Assembly: GCA_020633435.1 (NCBI GenBank)
Contig: JACKDP010000010.1
Coordinates: forward strand, 184,154 to 248,153
DNA from: Myxococcales bacterium
Lineage (GTDB): Bacteria > Myxococcota_A > Bradymonadia > UBA7976 > UBA1532
DNA: 64,000 nt
Reading direction: 5' to 3'
Below the pieces are notes generated by a model, which was not told the DNA's origin, searched no databases, and saw only the letters and a list, made by a program, of their open reading frames with translations. Within the stretch, counting starts at the first letter, position 1; each line of letters opens with the position of its first letter. Position numbers and translations under genes: made by a program. Below, piece by piece: positions 1 through 10,055 of the stretch.

Positions 1-228
1 GGCGAGTTCTCGGCCGACTTCTGGGTCATCTGGAAGGTAACGGGCACCACCTGGGAGGCCGTGACCGACGCCGATCAGGTGGGCGGCTGGTTCGAGCCCG
101 AGGCCCTGGTGGAGCAGGGCCAGGCGGCCCCCGTCTTCCTCGATCGCCACCTGCGGATCGAGCCTCGCGGGCGCGGCTACGAGGTGGTCGAGGACGTGGC
201 CGTCGAGTCCTGGATCTGCCCCTGCTAG
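1..228 (+). CDS. 3' end of an unidentified protein-coding gene (partial, enters from left edge)
   Basis: Frame 1 is open from base 1 to TAG 226-228 (...GYEVVEDVAVESWICPC*). Third codon positions are strongly G/C. It is absent from the ORF track because it has no start in the window. No family recognised. Confidence 0.45.
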   Translation, partial: GEFSADFWVIWKVTGTTWEAVTDADQVGGWFEPEALVEQGQAAPVFLDRHLRIEPRGRGYEVVEDVAVESWICPC

Positions 229-356
229 CGCGGCGGCGCCGCGCGGGCCGCGCTCCGCGGCGGATCCGCGGCCTGCCGGCGCGGGGCGACTGTCCCGGGA
301 CGGAGGGGCCGTGCTAGCGTGGCTGTTCGCGTCGTGTCACCGAGGCCCCGAGCACC

Positions 357-3300
357 GTGCTCCCTGACGACTTCCCCGACGGCTACGAGCCCATCAAGGA
401 GCTCGGCGAGGGCTCCATGGGCCTGGTCTGGCTGGCGTACAGCCAGCGCGTCCGGGGGCACTGCGCCGTCAAGGTGCTGAGCCTGCACGACGATCGCCGC
501 GGCTCGGCGGAGCGGTCGTTCAACCGGGAAGTGCGCGCCATGGCTCGCCTTTCCCACCCGTCGGTGGTCGAGGTCCACGACTTCGGGCGCACCCCGCTGG
601 GCTCGCCGTTCCTCGCCATGGAGTACGTGCCGGGGGCCAGCCTCAACGCCTACGTGCGCCAGAGCTGGAGCTGGCCGATGCTGTGGACGCTGCTCGACGG
701 CCTGCTGTCGGGCCTCGGCCACGCCCACGCCCACGAGCTCATCCACCGCGATCTCAAGCCCGGCAACATCCTCGTCCTGCCGCACCAGGCGGGGCCCCAG
801 GCCGTCAAGCTCGTCGACTTCGGCATCGCGCTGGCGGTGAACGAGGCGGCGCGGGTGGGCCGGCGCATCGAGGGCACCCCGGCCTACATCGCCCCGGAGG
901 CGGCGTCCGGCGAGGTGGCCGCCGTCGGCCCCTGGACCGATCTGTACTCCCTGGGGGTCATCCTCTTCGAGATCCTCACCGGCGACGTGCCCTTCCACGG
1001 CAAGCACCTGCTCAGCCACCACCAGCGCTCGCCGCTGCCGGCCATCCGCGTGCGGCCCGAGGTGGAGGCGCCCGGGGGGCTCATCCAGGTGGTCGAGCGC
1101 CTGCTGGAGAAGTCGCCGGTGCGGCGCTACCGCTCGGTGGCCGAGGTGCGCCACGCCCTCGCGCTGCACGTGGGCGAGCCGCCCCTGCCGGCGCCGCTCG
1201 GCAACCCCCCACGGGTGAGCGTGGCCTGGGAGGACGACGAGCCGTCGACGCACGCCTCCGGCATCGTGCCGGTGCGCGGGGCGGCGGGGCCGGCGCTCTT
1301 CCACCTGCGGCGCCCGCCCCTGGTGGGCCGGCGGCAGGCCCAGCGCCTCATGCGCGCGGCCGCCGAGGCCGTCATCAACGGGCAGGGCCCCCGCGTGGTG
1401 CTCATCGAGGGCGAGGGCGGGCTGGGCAAGAGCCGCCTGGCCGGCTGGCTGCGGGAGTGGCTGGACGAGCAGGGGCTCATGCGGACGATGACGGTGCGCA
1501 GCGAGCCCCAGACGCGCTCGGGGGGCGGGCTGCGCCAGGCCATCCTGCGCTTCGTCGGCGCGCCCACGGCCACCCGCGAGACGGCCGACGCCCTGCTGGC
1601 CGAGGCCTTCCCCGACGCCAACCGCCGCCAGAACGCGCTGGAGGTGCTCTGGCCGGCGCCCGGCATGGACCAGGAGAGCCGCATCAAGAAGGCGGCCTGG
1701 GTCATCCGCGATCTGGCCGGCGACGCGCCTTTCATGCTCTGGGCCGACGACGTGCAGTGGTCGCCCGAGGGCCGGGCCCTGCGCCTCATCCACCGCCTGG
1801 CGGCCTGGACGGAGCGGGCCAGCCAGCTCCTGCTGGTGGTCACGCTGCGGCCCAGCGAGCGCTCCACGGTGCGCAAGGCCCGCCGCGCTCTCATCGGCCT
1901 GCCGGTCACCGAGTACCTGCGCCTCAAGCCCCTGCGCCCCCAGGATCTCGGGCCCGCGCTCGCCTCCCTCGCGCCGCTGCCCCAGGGCCTCGCCGAGGCG
2001 GCCTGCGTCCAGTCGGCGGGCAACCCGCTGCTGGCCCTGGAGGCCGTGCGCACCTACCTCGAAGACGAGGGCCTGGCCTCGGCGCCCACGGATCCGCTGC
2101 GGCTGCTGCGGCAGCGCATCGAGCGGGCCACCAGCGGCGACGGCGGCGGCATGCTGCGCAGCCTGCTCGCCCGGGCGACGCTCCTGGGGCGGGCCTTCAC
2201 GCTGCGCCCGCTCGCGTATCTCTGCGGCGTGCCTGGGGATCCGGGCGCGCCGGAGCTGGAGGACGACACCGAGCAGGTGGAGGGGCTGCTGGAGCGCGCG
2301 GCGGCCGCCGGCCTCATCCGCGAGAACGGCCCGGGCCGCTGGCGCTTCTCCCATGACCTCGTGCGCGCCGAGCTGCGGGAGCTGTGCCGGGCCCTGCCCA
2401 ACTGGGGGCCCCTGAACCTGGCCTGCGCCGCCCTCAAGAAGGCCCGCGCGGACGCCGACCACTCGGGCATCGAGGTGGAGGTCGTCTCGCGGCACTACTG
2501 GGAGGGCGGGGAGCGCGAGCGGGCGCTGCGCCTGGGCATGGTGGGCGTGCGCCGCCTCTTCCTGGCCGGCCTCATGGGCCACACCTCGTCGTTCGTGCGG
2601 CGCCTGCTGGGCTGGGAGGATCGCTGCCGCCTGCTCAGCCCGGGCGAGCGGGCCGATCTGCTCTTGCTGGGCAGCGAGGCCTGCGAGCACTCCGGCCAGC
2701 CCGACGAGGCCGAGCGCCACGGGCAGGCCGCCCTGGACCTGGCCCGGGAGGGCGAGCTGCTGGTGCATGGCGCCCGCGCCGCCAGCCGGCTGGGGACGCT
2801 GCGCCTGCGCGCCGACGACGACCAGGAGGCCGAGCGCTGGCTGTGGGAGGCCCTGCGCTTCGCCCGCCAGAGCGAGGAGCCCCTGGCCCGGGCGACGAGC
2901 AACCGGCTGCTGGGGCAGGTCTACCAGCACCGCGACCAGCTCGATCTGGCCCGCACGGCGTACGAGAAGGCCCTGGAGGCCGCGCGCGAGGGTCGGCTGC
3001 TGTCGGATGAGTTCGAGGCGCGCATGGCCATCGCCCGGCTGGACCGGCTGGAGGGGGACACCCCCCGGGCCACGGGCACCTTCGAGGCCGTCGCCGAGGA
3101 GGCCCCGCCCGCGGGCCTCGACGTCATCGCCCTGAGCGCGCGCCTGGAGCTGGGCCTCTGCGCCTGGACGGACGACGATCCCGGCGGCGCGTGGCGCATC
3201 TTCGAGGAGGTCCGGCGCGGCGCGGCCGGCAACCTGTTCGGCCTCGAGTTCTACGCCTGCCTCGGGGCGGCCTGGGCCTTCGCCGCCCAGGGGCGCTGGG

Positions 3301-3653
3301 GCGAGTCCGAGCGGATGATCATGCAGGTGGAGGAGCTGCGCTTCGACGTGCGCCTGCACGACGCCGAGGCCGAGCGCCTGCGCCGCGCCCTGCGCGACAT
3401 GGCGGCGGCCCACCGCCGGCCGGACATCGTCGATCGCGTCGATCAGCTCGACATCATGGTCCGCACCGTCCACTCCACCCACGACGGCGAGAGCTCGCGC
3501 TCCCTCGACACGCTGTCGGGCCTGAGCGAGCTGTCCGTCCTGAGCGACCTGCGCCCCACGACCGACGCCCCCCTGGCGCGGCCGGACGGGCGGCGCGCCG
3601 ATCCCGACCGCGCCACGCTGGAGCCCCCGGGCAAGCGCCCCATCGACGACTAG
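357..3653 (+). CDS. Ser/Thr protein kinase fused to a P-loop (STAND/AAA-like) NTPase and TPR-like repeats
   Basis: 1098-aa ORF with GTG start. Kinase motifs: 'LGEGSMGLVWLA', 'AVKVL', 'HRDLKPGNILV', 'DFGIA', 'GTPAYIAPE'. These are followed by the P-loop 'GEGGLGKS' and 'FMLWADDVQW', then a helical repeat tail. Confidence 0.9.
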   Translation: MLPDDFPDGYEPIKELGEGSMGLVWLAYSQRVRGHCAVKVLSLHDDRRGSAERSFNREVRAMARLSHPSVVEVHDFGRTPLGSPFLAMEYVPGASLNAYVRQSWSWPMLWTLLDGLLSGLGHAHAHELIHRDLKPGNILVLPHQAGPQAVKLVDFGIALAVNEAARVGRRIEGTPAYIAPEAASGEVAAVGPWTDLYSLGVILFEILTGDVPFHGKHLLSHHQRSPLPAIRVRPEVEAPGGLIQVVERLLEKSPVRRYRSVAEVRHALALHVGEPPLPAPLGNPPRVSVAWEDDEPSTHASGIVPVRGAAGPALFHLRRPPLVGRRQAQRLMRAAAEAVINGQGPRVVLIEGEGGLGKSRLAGWLREWLDEQGLMRTMTVRSEPQTRSGGGLRQAILRFVGAPTATRETADALLAEAFPDANRRQNALEVLWPAPGMDQESRIKKAAWVIRDLAGDAPFMLWADDVQWSPEGRALRLIHRLAAWTERASQLLLVVTLRPSERSTVRKARRALIGLPVTEYLRLKPLRPQDLGPALASLAPLPQGLAEAACVQSAGNPLLALEAVRTYLEDEGLASAPTDPLRLLRQRIERATSGDGGGMLRSLLARATLLGRAFTLRPLAYLCGVPGDPGAPELEDDTEQVEGLLERAAAAGLIRENGPGRWRFSHDLVRAELRELCRALPNWGPLNLACAALKKARADADHSGIEVEVVSRHYWEGGERERALRLGMVGVRRLFLAGLMGHTSSFVRRLLGWEDRCRLLSPGERADLLLLGSEACEHSGQPDEAERHGQAALDLAREGELLVHGARAASRLGTLRLRADDDQEAERWLWEALRFARQSEEPLARATSNRLLGQVYQHRDQLDLARTAYEKALEAAREGRLLSDEFEARMAIARLDRLEGDTPRATGTFEAVAEEAPPAGLDVIALSARLELGLCAWTDDDPGGAWRIFEEVRRGAAGNLFGLEFYACLGAAWAFAAQGRWGESERMIMQVEELRFDVRLHDAEAERLRRALRDMAAAHRRPDIVDRVDQLDIMVRTVHSTHDGESSRSLDTLSGLSELSVLSDLRPTTDAPLARPDGRRADPDRATLEPPGKRPIDD

Positions 3654-3675
3654 CGCCGAGAAAAGTCGAGAGATT

Positions 3676-4701
3676 TCAGGGGGTTGGGCGCAGTCGCGCC
3701 CAGCTCGCCAGGAAGTTGCGCCCCAGGGCCCCCTGGATGGCGTCGGGCGTCCAGCCCCGATCGAGGAGCACCTGCACCAGCCAGGGCCAGGTGGCCGCGG
3801 AGCGCAGATCGCGGGGCGGCAGGATGGCCCCGTCGTAGTCGCTGCCGACGGCCACGGCCTGCGGGCCGCCGACGCGCACGATGTGCTCCAGGTGCTCGGC
3901 GACCATGGCGGCGTCGCGCGGGCCGCCCCGGCGCCGCAGGAACGCGGTGTGGAACATCACCCCGACGACGCCCCCCGAGTCGGCGATGGCGCGGATCTGG
4001 CGGTCGTCGAGGTTGCGCCAGTGGGGCCGCACGCCGTCGACGCCGGTGTGGGTGACGATGAGGGGCAGCCCGGGATCGTGGGCGTCTACGGCGTCCCAGA
4101 AGGCGTCGGGGTGGATGTGGGCCAGATCGAGGAAGACGCGGGCGGCGTCGAGCTGCTCGATCTGGCGGCGGCCGTGGGCCGAGAGGCCCCGGTGGCGCCG
4201 CAGCCGCGAGGCCGGCGACGAGGTGGCCCCGGCGCGGTTGCTGGTGAGGTGGACGAGGGTGACGCGGGTCAGCAGCCGGTCGGCCACCGAGGCGGGGCCG
4301 TCCGGGGCGGCGTCGAAGGCGTTGCCCCCTTGCACGGCCAGCAGCACGGCGTGGGCCCCCGCCTCCCGGACGCGGTGGTACTCGGCGGCGTCCCGCGCGA
4401 AGGCCAGCCGGCCGCCCGCTCGCGTCACCAGGGCCTGCATCCGGGCGAGGTTGCGCTGGAACGTCCGCCACCGCCCGCCCGCCGTGCGCACGGGGTTGGT
4501 GGTGATGGACCACATGGCCCCCGAGACCTCGCCGGCGTCCATCCGCGGCAGGTCGGCGTGGGCGAACCGCCGCAGGAACCAGGGCCGGTGGGCCACCAGG
4601 GGGTCGTAGCCCCAGAGCCGCGGCGGGATGAAGGTGTCGAGGTGCAGGTCGATGAGGTCGCTGGCCCGGGCGAGGGCCCGCGCCTCGTCGGAGGGGGTCA
4701 T
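3676..4701 (-). CDS. Membrane dipeptidase (peptidase M19 / renal dipeptidase family)
   Basis: Start re-set to ATG 4701 (MTPSDEARAL...). The listed 458-aa ORF has an Arg/Pro-rich non-coding-looking extension. M19-like motifs: 'IDLHLDTF', 'VTLVHLTSN', 'LDLAHIH', 'IVTHTG', 'VGSDYDG'. The ATG overlaps the upstream stop (ATGA at 4698-4701). Confidence 0.85.
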   Translation of the reverse strand: MTPSDEARALARASDLIDLHLDTFIPPRLWGYDPLVAHRPWFLRRFAHADLPRMDAGEVSGAMWSITTNPVRTAGGRWRTFQRNLARMQALVTRAGGRLAFARDAAEYHRVREAGAHAVLLAVQGGNAFDAAPDGPASVADRLLTRVTLVHLTSNRAGATSSPASRLRRHRGLSAHGRRQIEQLDAARVFLDLAHIHPDAFWDAVDAHDPGLPLIVTHTGVDGVRPHWRNLDDRQIRAIADSGGVVGVMFHTAFLRRRGGPRDAAMVAEHLEHIVRVGGPQAVAVGSDYDGAILPPRDLRSAATWPWLVQVLLDRGWTPDAIQGALGRNFLASWARLRPTP

Positions 4702-5552
4702 CCGAGCAGCGCCGCGATCTGCTCCACCCGCGTCAGCAGGCTGCCGCGCGGGTGGTCCGCCAGGAAGGCCGTCTCCCAGGGCGGGGTGAAGGCGTTGGTC
4801 ATCAGCGCCACGCGGGCGCCGAGGGCGAACGGCAGGGCCAGGTCCAGCTCGAAGATGTCGCCCACCACCACCACGTCGGTCCAGGCCGCGCCCTGGGCCT
4901 GGCGCAGGGCGTCGAGGACCTCGAAGTAGTGGCGCCGCCGCAGCAGGACGGGCCGGTCCAGGCCGGCCAGCGTCATGGCCTCGGGCACGGCGTCGAAGGC
5001 GTCGTCGATGAAGTACTTCTTCGCCCGGCCGTGGACCCGTTTCGCCAGCCATTCCAGGGTGTTGGAGCCGTCGGGCTGCGCGCCCATGGCCCGCACCTTC
5101 CGCTGCACGGCGTCGGTGTGGCTGTTGGTCACGATGTAGACGGGGGCGTCGGCCAGGCTCTCCAGCAGGGCGCCGGCGCCGGGGCGCGGGGCGTCCTCCG
5201 TCTTGCCGTAGTTGTACTTGTAGAGGATGGCGTCGAGCACGCGGCTGCGGTCGAGGGCGTCGGTCAGGCGGCCGAAGTGGTCCAGGATGCGGCGGGCCAC
5301 CGGCATGATGCGCAGGTAGGGATCCACGGACGCTGGCGCCACGATGCGGTCCAGGAAGAGCCAGCCATGGGCCCCGGGGTTGGCGGCCACCTCGGCCTCG
5401 AAGCCGCGGGCCAGGGCGTCGACCTCGTCGTAGGGCCGGTCCACCAGGGCGGCGATGTCGTCCAGGTAGCCCTGGCGGAAGGGCGCGCCCTCCCGCTCGG
5501 CGTCGGTCATGGTGCCGTCGAAGTCGAGGACCAGCAGGCCGGGGGTGTCCAC
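4698..5552 (-). CDS. HAD-superfamily hydrolase
   Basis: 284-aa ORF with GTG start, preceded by 'AAGGAGG'. Contains the DxDxT motif 'VLDFDGTMTD' and a later 'VVGDIFELD'. Translationally coupled to the downstream dipeptidase. Confidence 0.8.
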   Translation of the reverse strand: MDTPGLLVLDFDGTMTDAEREGAPFRQGYLDDIAALVDRPYDEVDALARGFEAEVAANPGAHGWLFLDRIVAPASVDPYLRIMPVARRILDHFGRLTDALDRSRVLDAILYKYNYGKTEDAPRPGAGALLESLADAPVYIVTNSHTDAVQRKVRAMGAQPDGSNTLEWLAKRVHGRAKKYFIDDAFDAVPEAMTLAGLDRPVLLRRRHYFEVLDALRQAQGAAWTDVVVVGDIFELDLALPFALGARVALMTNAFTPPWETAFLADHPRGSLLTRVEQIAALLG

Positions 5553-5569
5553 GGGGGCGCCTCCTTCTC

Positions 5570-6715
5570 TCAGAGCCCGAACTGCGTCCGGGCGATGATC
5601 TCGTTCATGACCTCGGTGGTCCCGCCGCCGATGGGCAGCAGCCGGGCGTCGCGGCTGAGCCGCTCCACCCGCGTCTCGCGCATGTAGCCCATGCCGCCGA
5701 GGATCTGCACCGCATCATGGCAGACCGACACGGCGACTTCCGCCGCGAAGTTCTTGGCCATGCTCACGGCGGCCACGTCCACCTGGCCAGCGCGGGCGGC
5801 CAGGGCCACCTCGTAGCTCAGGGCGCGGGCGGCGCGGACGCGGGTGGCCATGTCGGCCAGCTTGTGCCGGGTGACCTGGAACTTCGCCACCGGGCGGCCG
5901 AAGGCGTGGCGCTCGCGGGCCCAGGCGAGGGCGTCGTTCAGGGCGATCTCGGCCGTCGCGTGGCCGGTGAAGGCCAGCGCCAGGCGCTCCCCCTGGAACC
6001 CCTGCATCAGGGCGAAGAACCCCGAGCCCTCGGCCCCGATGCGGTGGGACGTGGGCACCCGCACCCCGTCGAAGGCCAGCTCGGCGGTGTCGCTGGCCCG
6101 CCAGCCCGTCTTGTGCAGCGCCCGCGAGACCTGGAAGCCCGGCATGTCGCGCTCGACCACGAAGAACGTCAGGCCGCGGTGCGGGTCGTCGCTGGTCCGG
6201 GCCAGGACGGTCACCTGGTCGGCGCGCACGCCGCTGGTGATGAAGAGCTTGGCCCCGTCGAGGACGTAGTGGTCGCCGTCGCGCCGGGCCCGGGTGCGGA
6301 TGCCCGCCACGTCGCTGCCGGTGCCGGGCTCGGTGATGGCCAGGGCCGCGATGCGCTCGCCCCGCAGCACGGGCGGCACGAAGCGCGCCTGCTGCTCGGG
6401 GGTGCCCAGCTTGAGGATGTGGGGCAGGGCGATGCCATGGGAGTTGAGCCCCATGACCACCCCGGTGGAGCCGCCGTGCAGCAGGCCCTCGATGGCCATC
6501 AGCGGCAGCAGCACGTCCTCGCCCGCGCCGCCGACGTGCTCGGGGAAGCCCGCGCCCAGGATGCCCAGCGCCGCCGCCTGCCCATAGAGCGACCGCGGGA
6601 AGGACTCGGCCTCCTCCCAGGCGACGGCGTGGGGGGCGATCTCGGCCTCCGCGAAGCGGCGGCAGGTGCTGCGGAAGAGCGCGGCGTCGGCGTCGACGGG
6701 GTGGGGCTTCAGCAT
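5570..6715 (-). CDS. Acyl-CoA dehydrogenase
   Basis: Start re-set to ATG 6715 (MLKPHPVD...), giving 381 aa. ACAD hallmarks: 'AALAITEPGTGSD', 'ARRDGDHYVLDGAKLFITSG', 'GMGYMRETRVERLSRDARLLPIGGGTTEV'. The listed 680-aa ORF is an artefactual upstream extension. Confidence 0.9.
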   Translation of the reverse strand: MLKPHPVDADAALFRSTCRRFAEAEIAPHAVAWEEAESFPRSLYGQAAALGILGAGFPEHVGGAGEDVLLPLMAIEGLLHGGSTGVVMGLNSHGIALPHILKLGTPEQQARFVPPVLRGERIAALAITEPGTGSDVAGIRTRARRDGDHYVLDGAKLFITSGVRADQVTVLARTSDDPHRGLTFFVVERDMPGFQVSRALHKTGWRASDTAELAFDGVRVPTSHRIGAEGSGFFALMQGFQGERLALAFTGHATAEIALNDALAWARERHAFGRPVAKFQVTRHKLADMATRVRAARALSYEVALAARAGQVDVAAVSMAKNFAAEVAVSVCHDAVQILGGMGYMRETRVERLSRDARLLPIGGGTTEVMNEIIARTQFGL

Positions 6716-6728
6716 GAGGGCACCAACG

Positions 6729-6986
6729 CTATGAATAGTAAGGGTTTTCTCCCGAGCCGTGGTCGGTGACGTCCACGACGTTCTCGACCCGGGGGAAGGC
6801 CCGGCGGATGGCCTCCTCGACGCCGTTGCGCAGCGTGGCGGCCGAGGCCGAGCAGCCCTGGCAGCCCCCGGACATGCGCAGGTAGACGGTGCGGTTGGCG
6901 TAGTCCACCAGGTCGATGCGGCCGCCGTGGGACGCCACCTGGGGGTTGACCTCGTCGTCGAGGAGCTTCTGGATCTGGTGCCGCAT
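6729..6986 (-). CDS. NifU-like (Nfu-type) Fe-S cluster protein
   Basis: 85 aa with 'PQVASHGGRIDLVDY...VYLRMSGGCQGCSAS', the CxxC motif typical of the NifU C-terminal domain. It is the first gene of the minus-strand operon 6986->3676. Confidence 0.85.
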   Translation of the reverse strand: MRHQIQKLLDDEVNPQVASHGGRIDLVDYANRTVYLRMSGGCQGCSASAATLRNGVEEAIRRAFPRVENVVDVTDHGSGENPYYS

Positions 6987-7145
6987 GCGTGACCTTGGCG
7001 GATGGTGCGCCGATCGGATCGTCGGGGGGCAGGAGAGGTTGCGCGGCGTCGAAAGTCAAGGGGCGCCCCGCCGCCGGGCGGTGTGATTCCAGTCGTAGGG
7101 GAAAGATACGCTCTGCTACCGTGTCGACCGGGGCTGGAGGTGATC

Positions 7146-9092
7146 ATGCGGTGGTGGCTGGCGCTCGTCGCGGTGGCGGTGCTCGGGTGTGATGACGGTG
7201 GGGCCGGCCAGGAGGCCGTCGACGCGGCCGTCGCCGCCGACATGGGGGACGCGGCCCGGCCGGTGGACGAGGGGCTCCGCCCCGACGGCTCGCCCCCGCG
7301 CGACGCCGCCCCGCCGGACGCCGGCGAGACCGACGCGGCGCGCCCCGCGACGCCCGCGCCGCCGGCGGACGCCCGGGTGGCCGACGCCGAGGTGCCCGCC
7401 GACGCGGCCGCCGCCGACGCGACGCCGCCGGTCGACGCCGCGCCCCCCATCGACGCGGCCCCGGAGGCCGACGCCGCCGTCGACGCCGCCCCGCCCGAGC
7501 CCGACCGCAGCGACGAGGCCTTCGATCCGGGCCACCTGATGCGGGTGGAGATCGAGGTCCCCCCCGAGGACTGGGAGCGCCTGCGGCTGGAGGGCCGCAG
7601 CTTCGCCACCATCTTCCAGCCCGGCTGCCTCGATCAGCCCTTCCCCGATCCGTTCACCTGGCACGAGGCCACCGTCACCATCGACGGCGAGCGCTTCGAG
7701 GGCGTCGGCATCCGCAAGAAGGGCTTCCTGGGATCGCTGAGCGACACCCGGCCCTCCATCAAGGTGCACTTCGAGAAGTTCGGCGCCCAGGCCCGCTTCC
7801 GCGGCCTCGAGCGCATGACCTTCAACAACAACCGCCAGGACAACAGCCAGATGCGGCAGTGCGTGGCCTACCAGGCCTTCGCCGCCGCGGGGGTGCCGGC
7901 CCCGCGCTGCAGCCTCGCGCATGTCTCGGTGAACGGGCAGTCGCTCGGGGTGTACAGCCACATCGAGTCGATGAAAAAGGCCTTTGTTCGCAGGCACTTC
8001 GAGGATGACGAGGGCCCCTTCTTCGAGGGGCAGTTCTCCGACTTCCGCGACGGCTGGCTGGGGACCTTCGCCCAGAAGACCAACGAAGACATGCCCCAGC
8101 CGGCGGCCATCGAGGATCTCACGGCCATCCTGCAGCTCCCCGACGACGAGCTCTTCGCCGCCCTCGGCGCCCGCGTGGATCTGGCGAACTTCTACCGCTT
8201 CTGGACGATGGAGGCGGTGACGTCCCACTGGGATGGCTACTCGGGCAACGCCAACAACTACTACTTCTACGACGACCCCACGACGGGGCGGGTGTTCTTC
8301 ATGCCCTGGGGCACCGACGGCACCTTCCAGCGCAGCCCGTTCGGGGCGGGCGCCGCGGCGTCGGTGCAGATCGCCGGGCTGCTGAACCGCCGGCTGTACC
8401 TGCACCCCGAGGGCGGCGCCATCTACGTGCGGGCCCTGCGCGAGAGCCTGGCGGCGTTCGACGAGGCCGCCCTGCTGGCGCGGATGGATCAGATCGCCGC
8501 CCTCGTGCGCCCGGCCCTGCACGCCGAGCAGGCGGGGGGCTTCGACCGCGCGGTGGCCGATCTGCGGACGTACATCGGCGCCCAGCGGCAGCGCATCACC
8601 GCCGAGATCGCCAACGGGCCCGCGCGGGTCGGCGGCCAGCTCCGGGCGCCGTTCTGCCAGCCCCAGGTCGGCGAGCTGGACCTGCGCTTCGACACGACGT
8701 GGGGCACCTACCCGGGCGATCCCTTCGCCGCGGGCACCGGCGCCCTCGTCGGCACCCTCAACGGCATGCCCATCGCCGGCGGGCCGGTGGGCAGCCAGGC
8801 CGGGACGGAGCCGGCGGGGGCCGATCGCGGGCAGGCCATCGTGCTGGGCGCCATCACCCAGGGCCAGAACCGGCTGCAGGTGCGCGTCCGCATCGAGCCG
8901 GCGGTGCTGGGGGAGGCCGAGCTGGCCGTGGACGACAACCTCGTCTCGGTGGTGCTGCAGCAGGTCGCCTTCGGGCGCACGACGAACGTGGGCCTGGGCT
9001 ACCGCGGGACGCTCACCTTCGAGCAGCAGGGCGACGCGCCGGGCGCGCCGGTCGTCGGCCGCGTCGTCGTCGATCTCATGCGGCCGCGGTAG
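7146..9092 (+). CDS. CotH-family lipoprotein (CotH kinase-like fold)
   Basis: Start set at ATG 7146 (MRWWLALVAVAVLGC|DDGG lipobox). An Asp/Ala/Pro-rich linker is followed by a CotH-like core: 'IRKKGFLGS...PSIKVHF', 'MTFNNNRQDNSQMRQCVAYQAFAAAGVPAPRC', 'VSVNGQSLGVYSHIE', 'WDGYSGNANNYYFY'. Confidence 0.85.
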   Translation: MRWWLALVAVAVLGCDDGGAGQEAVDAAVAADMGDAARPVDEGLRPDGSPPRDAAPPDAGETDAARPATPAPPADARVADAEVPADAAAADATPPVDAAPPIDAAPEADAAVDAAPPEPDRSDEAFDPGHLMRVEIEVPPEDWERLRLEGRSFATIFQPGCLDQPFPDPFTWHEATVTIDGERFEGVGIRKKGFLGSLSDTRPSIKVHFEKFGAQARFRGLERMTFNNNRQDNSQMRQCVAYQAFAAAGVPAPRCSLAHVSVNGQSLGVYSHIESMKKAFVRRHFEDDEGPFFEGQFSDFRDGWLGTFAQKTNEDMPQPAAIEDLTAILQLPDDELFAALGARVDLANFYRFWTMEAVTSHWDGYSGNANNYYFYDDPTTGRVFFMPWGTDGTFQRSPFGAGAAASVQIAGLLNRRLYLHPEGGAIYVRALRESLAAFDEAALLARMDQIAALVRPALHAEQAGGFDRAVADLRTYIGAQRQRITAEIANGPARVGGQLRAPFCQPQVGELDLRFDTTWGTYPGDPFAAGTGALVGTLNGMPIAGGPVGSQAGTEPAGADRGQAIVLGAITQGQNRLQVRVRIEPAVLGEAELAVDDNLVSVVLQQVAFGRTTNVGLGYRGTLTFEQQGDAPGAPVVGRVVVDLMRPR

Positions 9093-10055
9093 CTACTCCC
9101 GAAACCAGGCGCGCAGGAGCGCCTCGGCCGGCTTGCCCCGGGGCATGTAGCCCTTGTCCTCGAAGCCGCCGCGCCCCGTCCAGATCCACACACAGGCCCC
9201 GGCCACGCCGGGCTGGTCGCGCCAGGTGTCGATGAAGGCGGCGTAGGCCCGAGCCTGCTCCCCCATGTCCGGGGGCGTCTCGGCGCCGTAGTGGTAGGGC
9301 CGCCGCGCGCCGCCCTCCACGCTGGGGTAGCCCATCTCGGTGAAGAGCAGGGGGCGCGGGATCCACGCGTGCCACGCCAGCAGCCAGCGGCGGATGCCGC
9401 GCCAGGCGCGCGTCAGGTCGAGGGTGGTGGCCCCGTCGCGGCTGGTGATGGGGTGGTAGGCGTTCAGGCCCACGGCGTCGAGGGCGTCCCAGAAGCCGAC
9501 GTGCTGGAAGTGGTCCCAGTTGGCCGAGTAGATGAGCTGCCCGCGGAACACCCCGCGCACCGCCGCGATGAGCTGCCGCCAGCGCGGCTCGTCGGCCTCC
9601 AGCGTGCCCAGCTCGCTGCCCACCGACAGCCAGCCGGCGCCGGCCTCGGCCCCCAGGCGGGCGTAGTGCAGGATGAACCGCTCATACGCCGCCCACCAGC
9701 GCCCGCGGTCGCGGGGGCTGAGGGTGCCGCGCCACTGGCCGGGCTCGATGCGCGCCAGCTTCACGATGGGGAAGACGAGCACGTCCAGGCCCACCGCCCG
9801 GGCGTGGGCGATGACCGCCCGCACCTTCGCGTCGTCGGTGCCCCACTCGTAGGGCCCGAGGGTGTCGCTCGTCACGTCCACCTGGGCCCACTGCACCACG
9901 ACCATGACGAGGTTGGCGCCCAGGTCTTTGATCTCATTGAGGTTCTGGGCCAGCTCGGCCGCCGTGGCCTCCCCCTCGAAGTGGGGCGCGAGGGCGACGC
10001 AGCGGACGGGGGGCGGGGCGGCGAGCAGGGTGAGGGAGAGCAGGGGGGCGAGCAC
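9093..10055 (-). CDS. TIM-barrel glycoside-hydrolase-like protein (clan GH-A-like)
   Basis: 320-aa ORF. Candidate catalytic Glu residues lie in 'LSVGSELG' and 'LLFTEMGYP', spaced as in an (alpha/beta)8 barrel. The N-terminus is hydrophobic. Its stop abuts the CotH stop with 0 nt between them. Exact GH family not determined. Confidence 0.7.
   Translation of the reverse strand: MLAPLLSLTLLAAPPPVRCVALAPHFEGEATAAELAQNLNEIKDLGANLVMVVVQWAQVDVTSDTLGPYEWGTDDAKVRAVIAHARAVGLDVLVFPIVKLARIEPGQWRGTLSPRDRGRWWAAYERFILHYARLGAEAGAGWLSVGSELGTLEADEPRWRQLIAAVRGVFRGQLIYSANWDHFQHVGFWDALDAVGLNAYHPITSRDGATTLDLTRAWRGIRRWLLAWHAWIPRPLLFTEMGYPSVEGGARRPYHYGAETPPDMGEQARAYAAFIDTWRDQPGVAGACVWIWTGRGGFEDKGYMPRGKPAEALLRAWFRE

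Noticed and set aside
225-3482. 1085-aa minus-strand ORF opposite the first kinase gene
   Set aside because: The translation is Arg/Gly/Ala/Pro-rich low complexity with no motifs. The plus strand carries clear kinase/P-loop motifs. This is a typical high-GC antisense shadow ORF.
6716-7612. N-terminal extension of ORF 5570..7612 (680 aa)
   Set aside because: The upstream 300 aa are Ser/Ala/Arg/Pro-rich and overlap the well-supported NifU-like gene and the CotH start region. The ACAD homology begins at ATG 6715.
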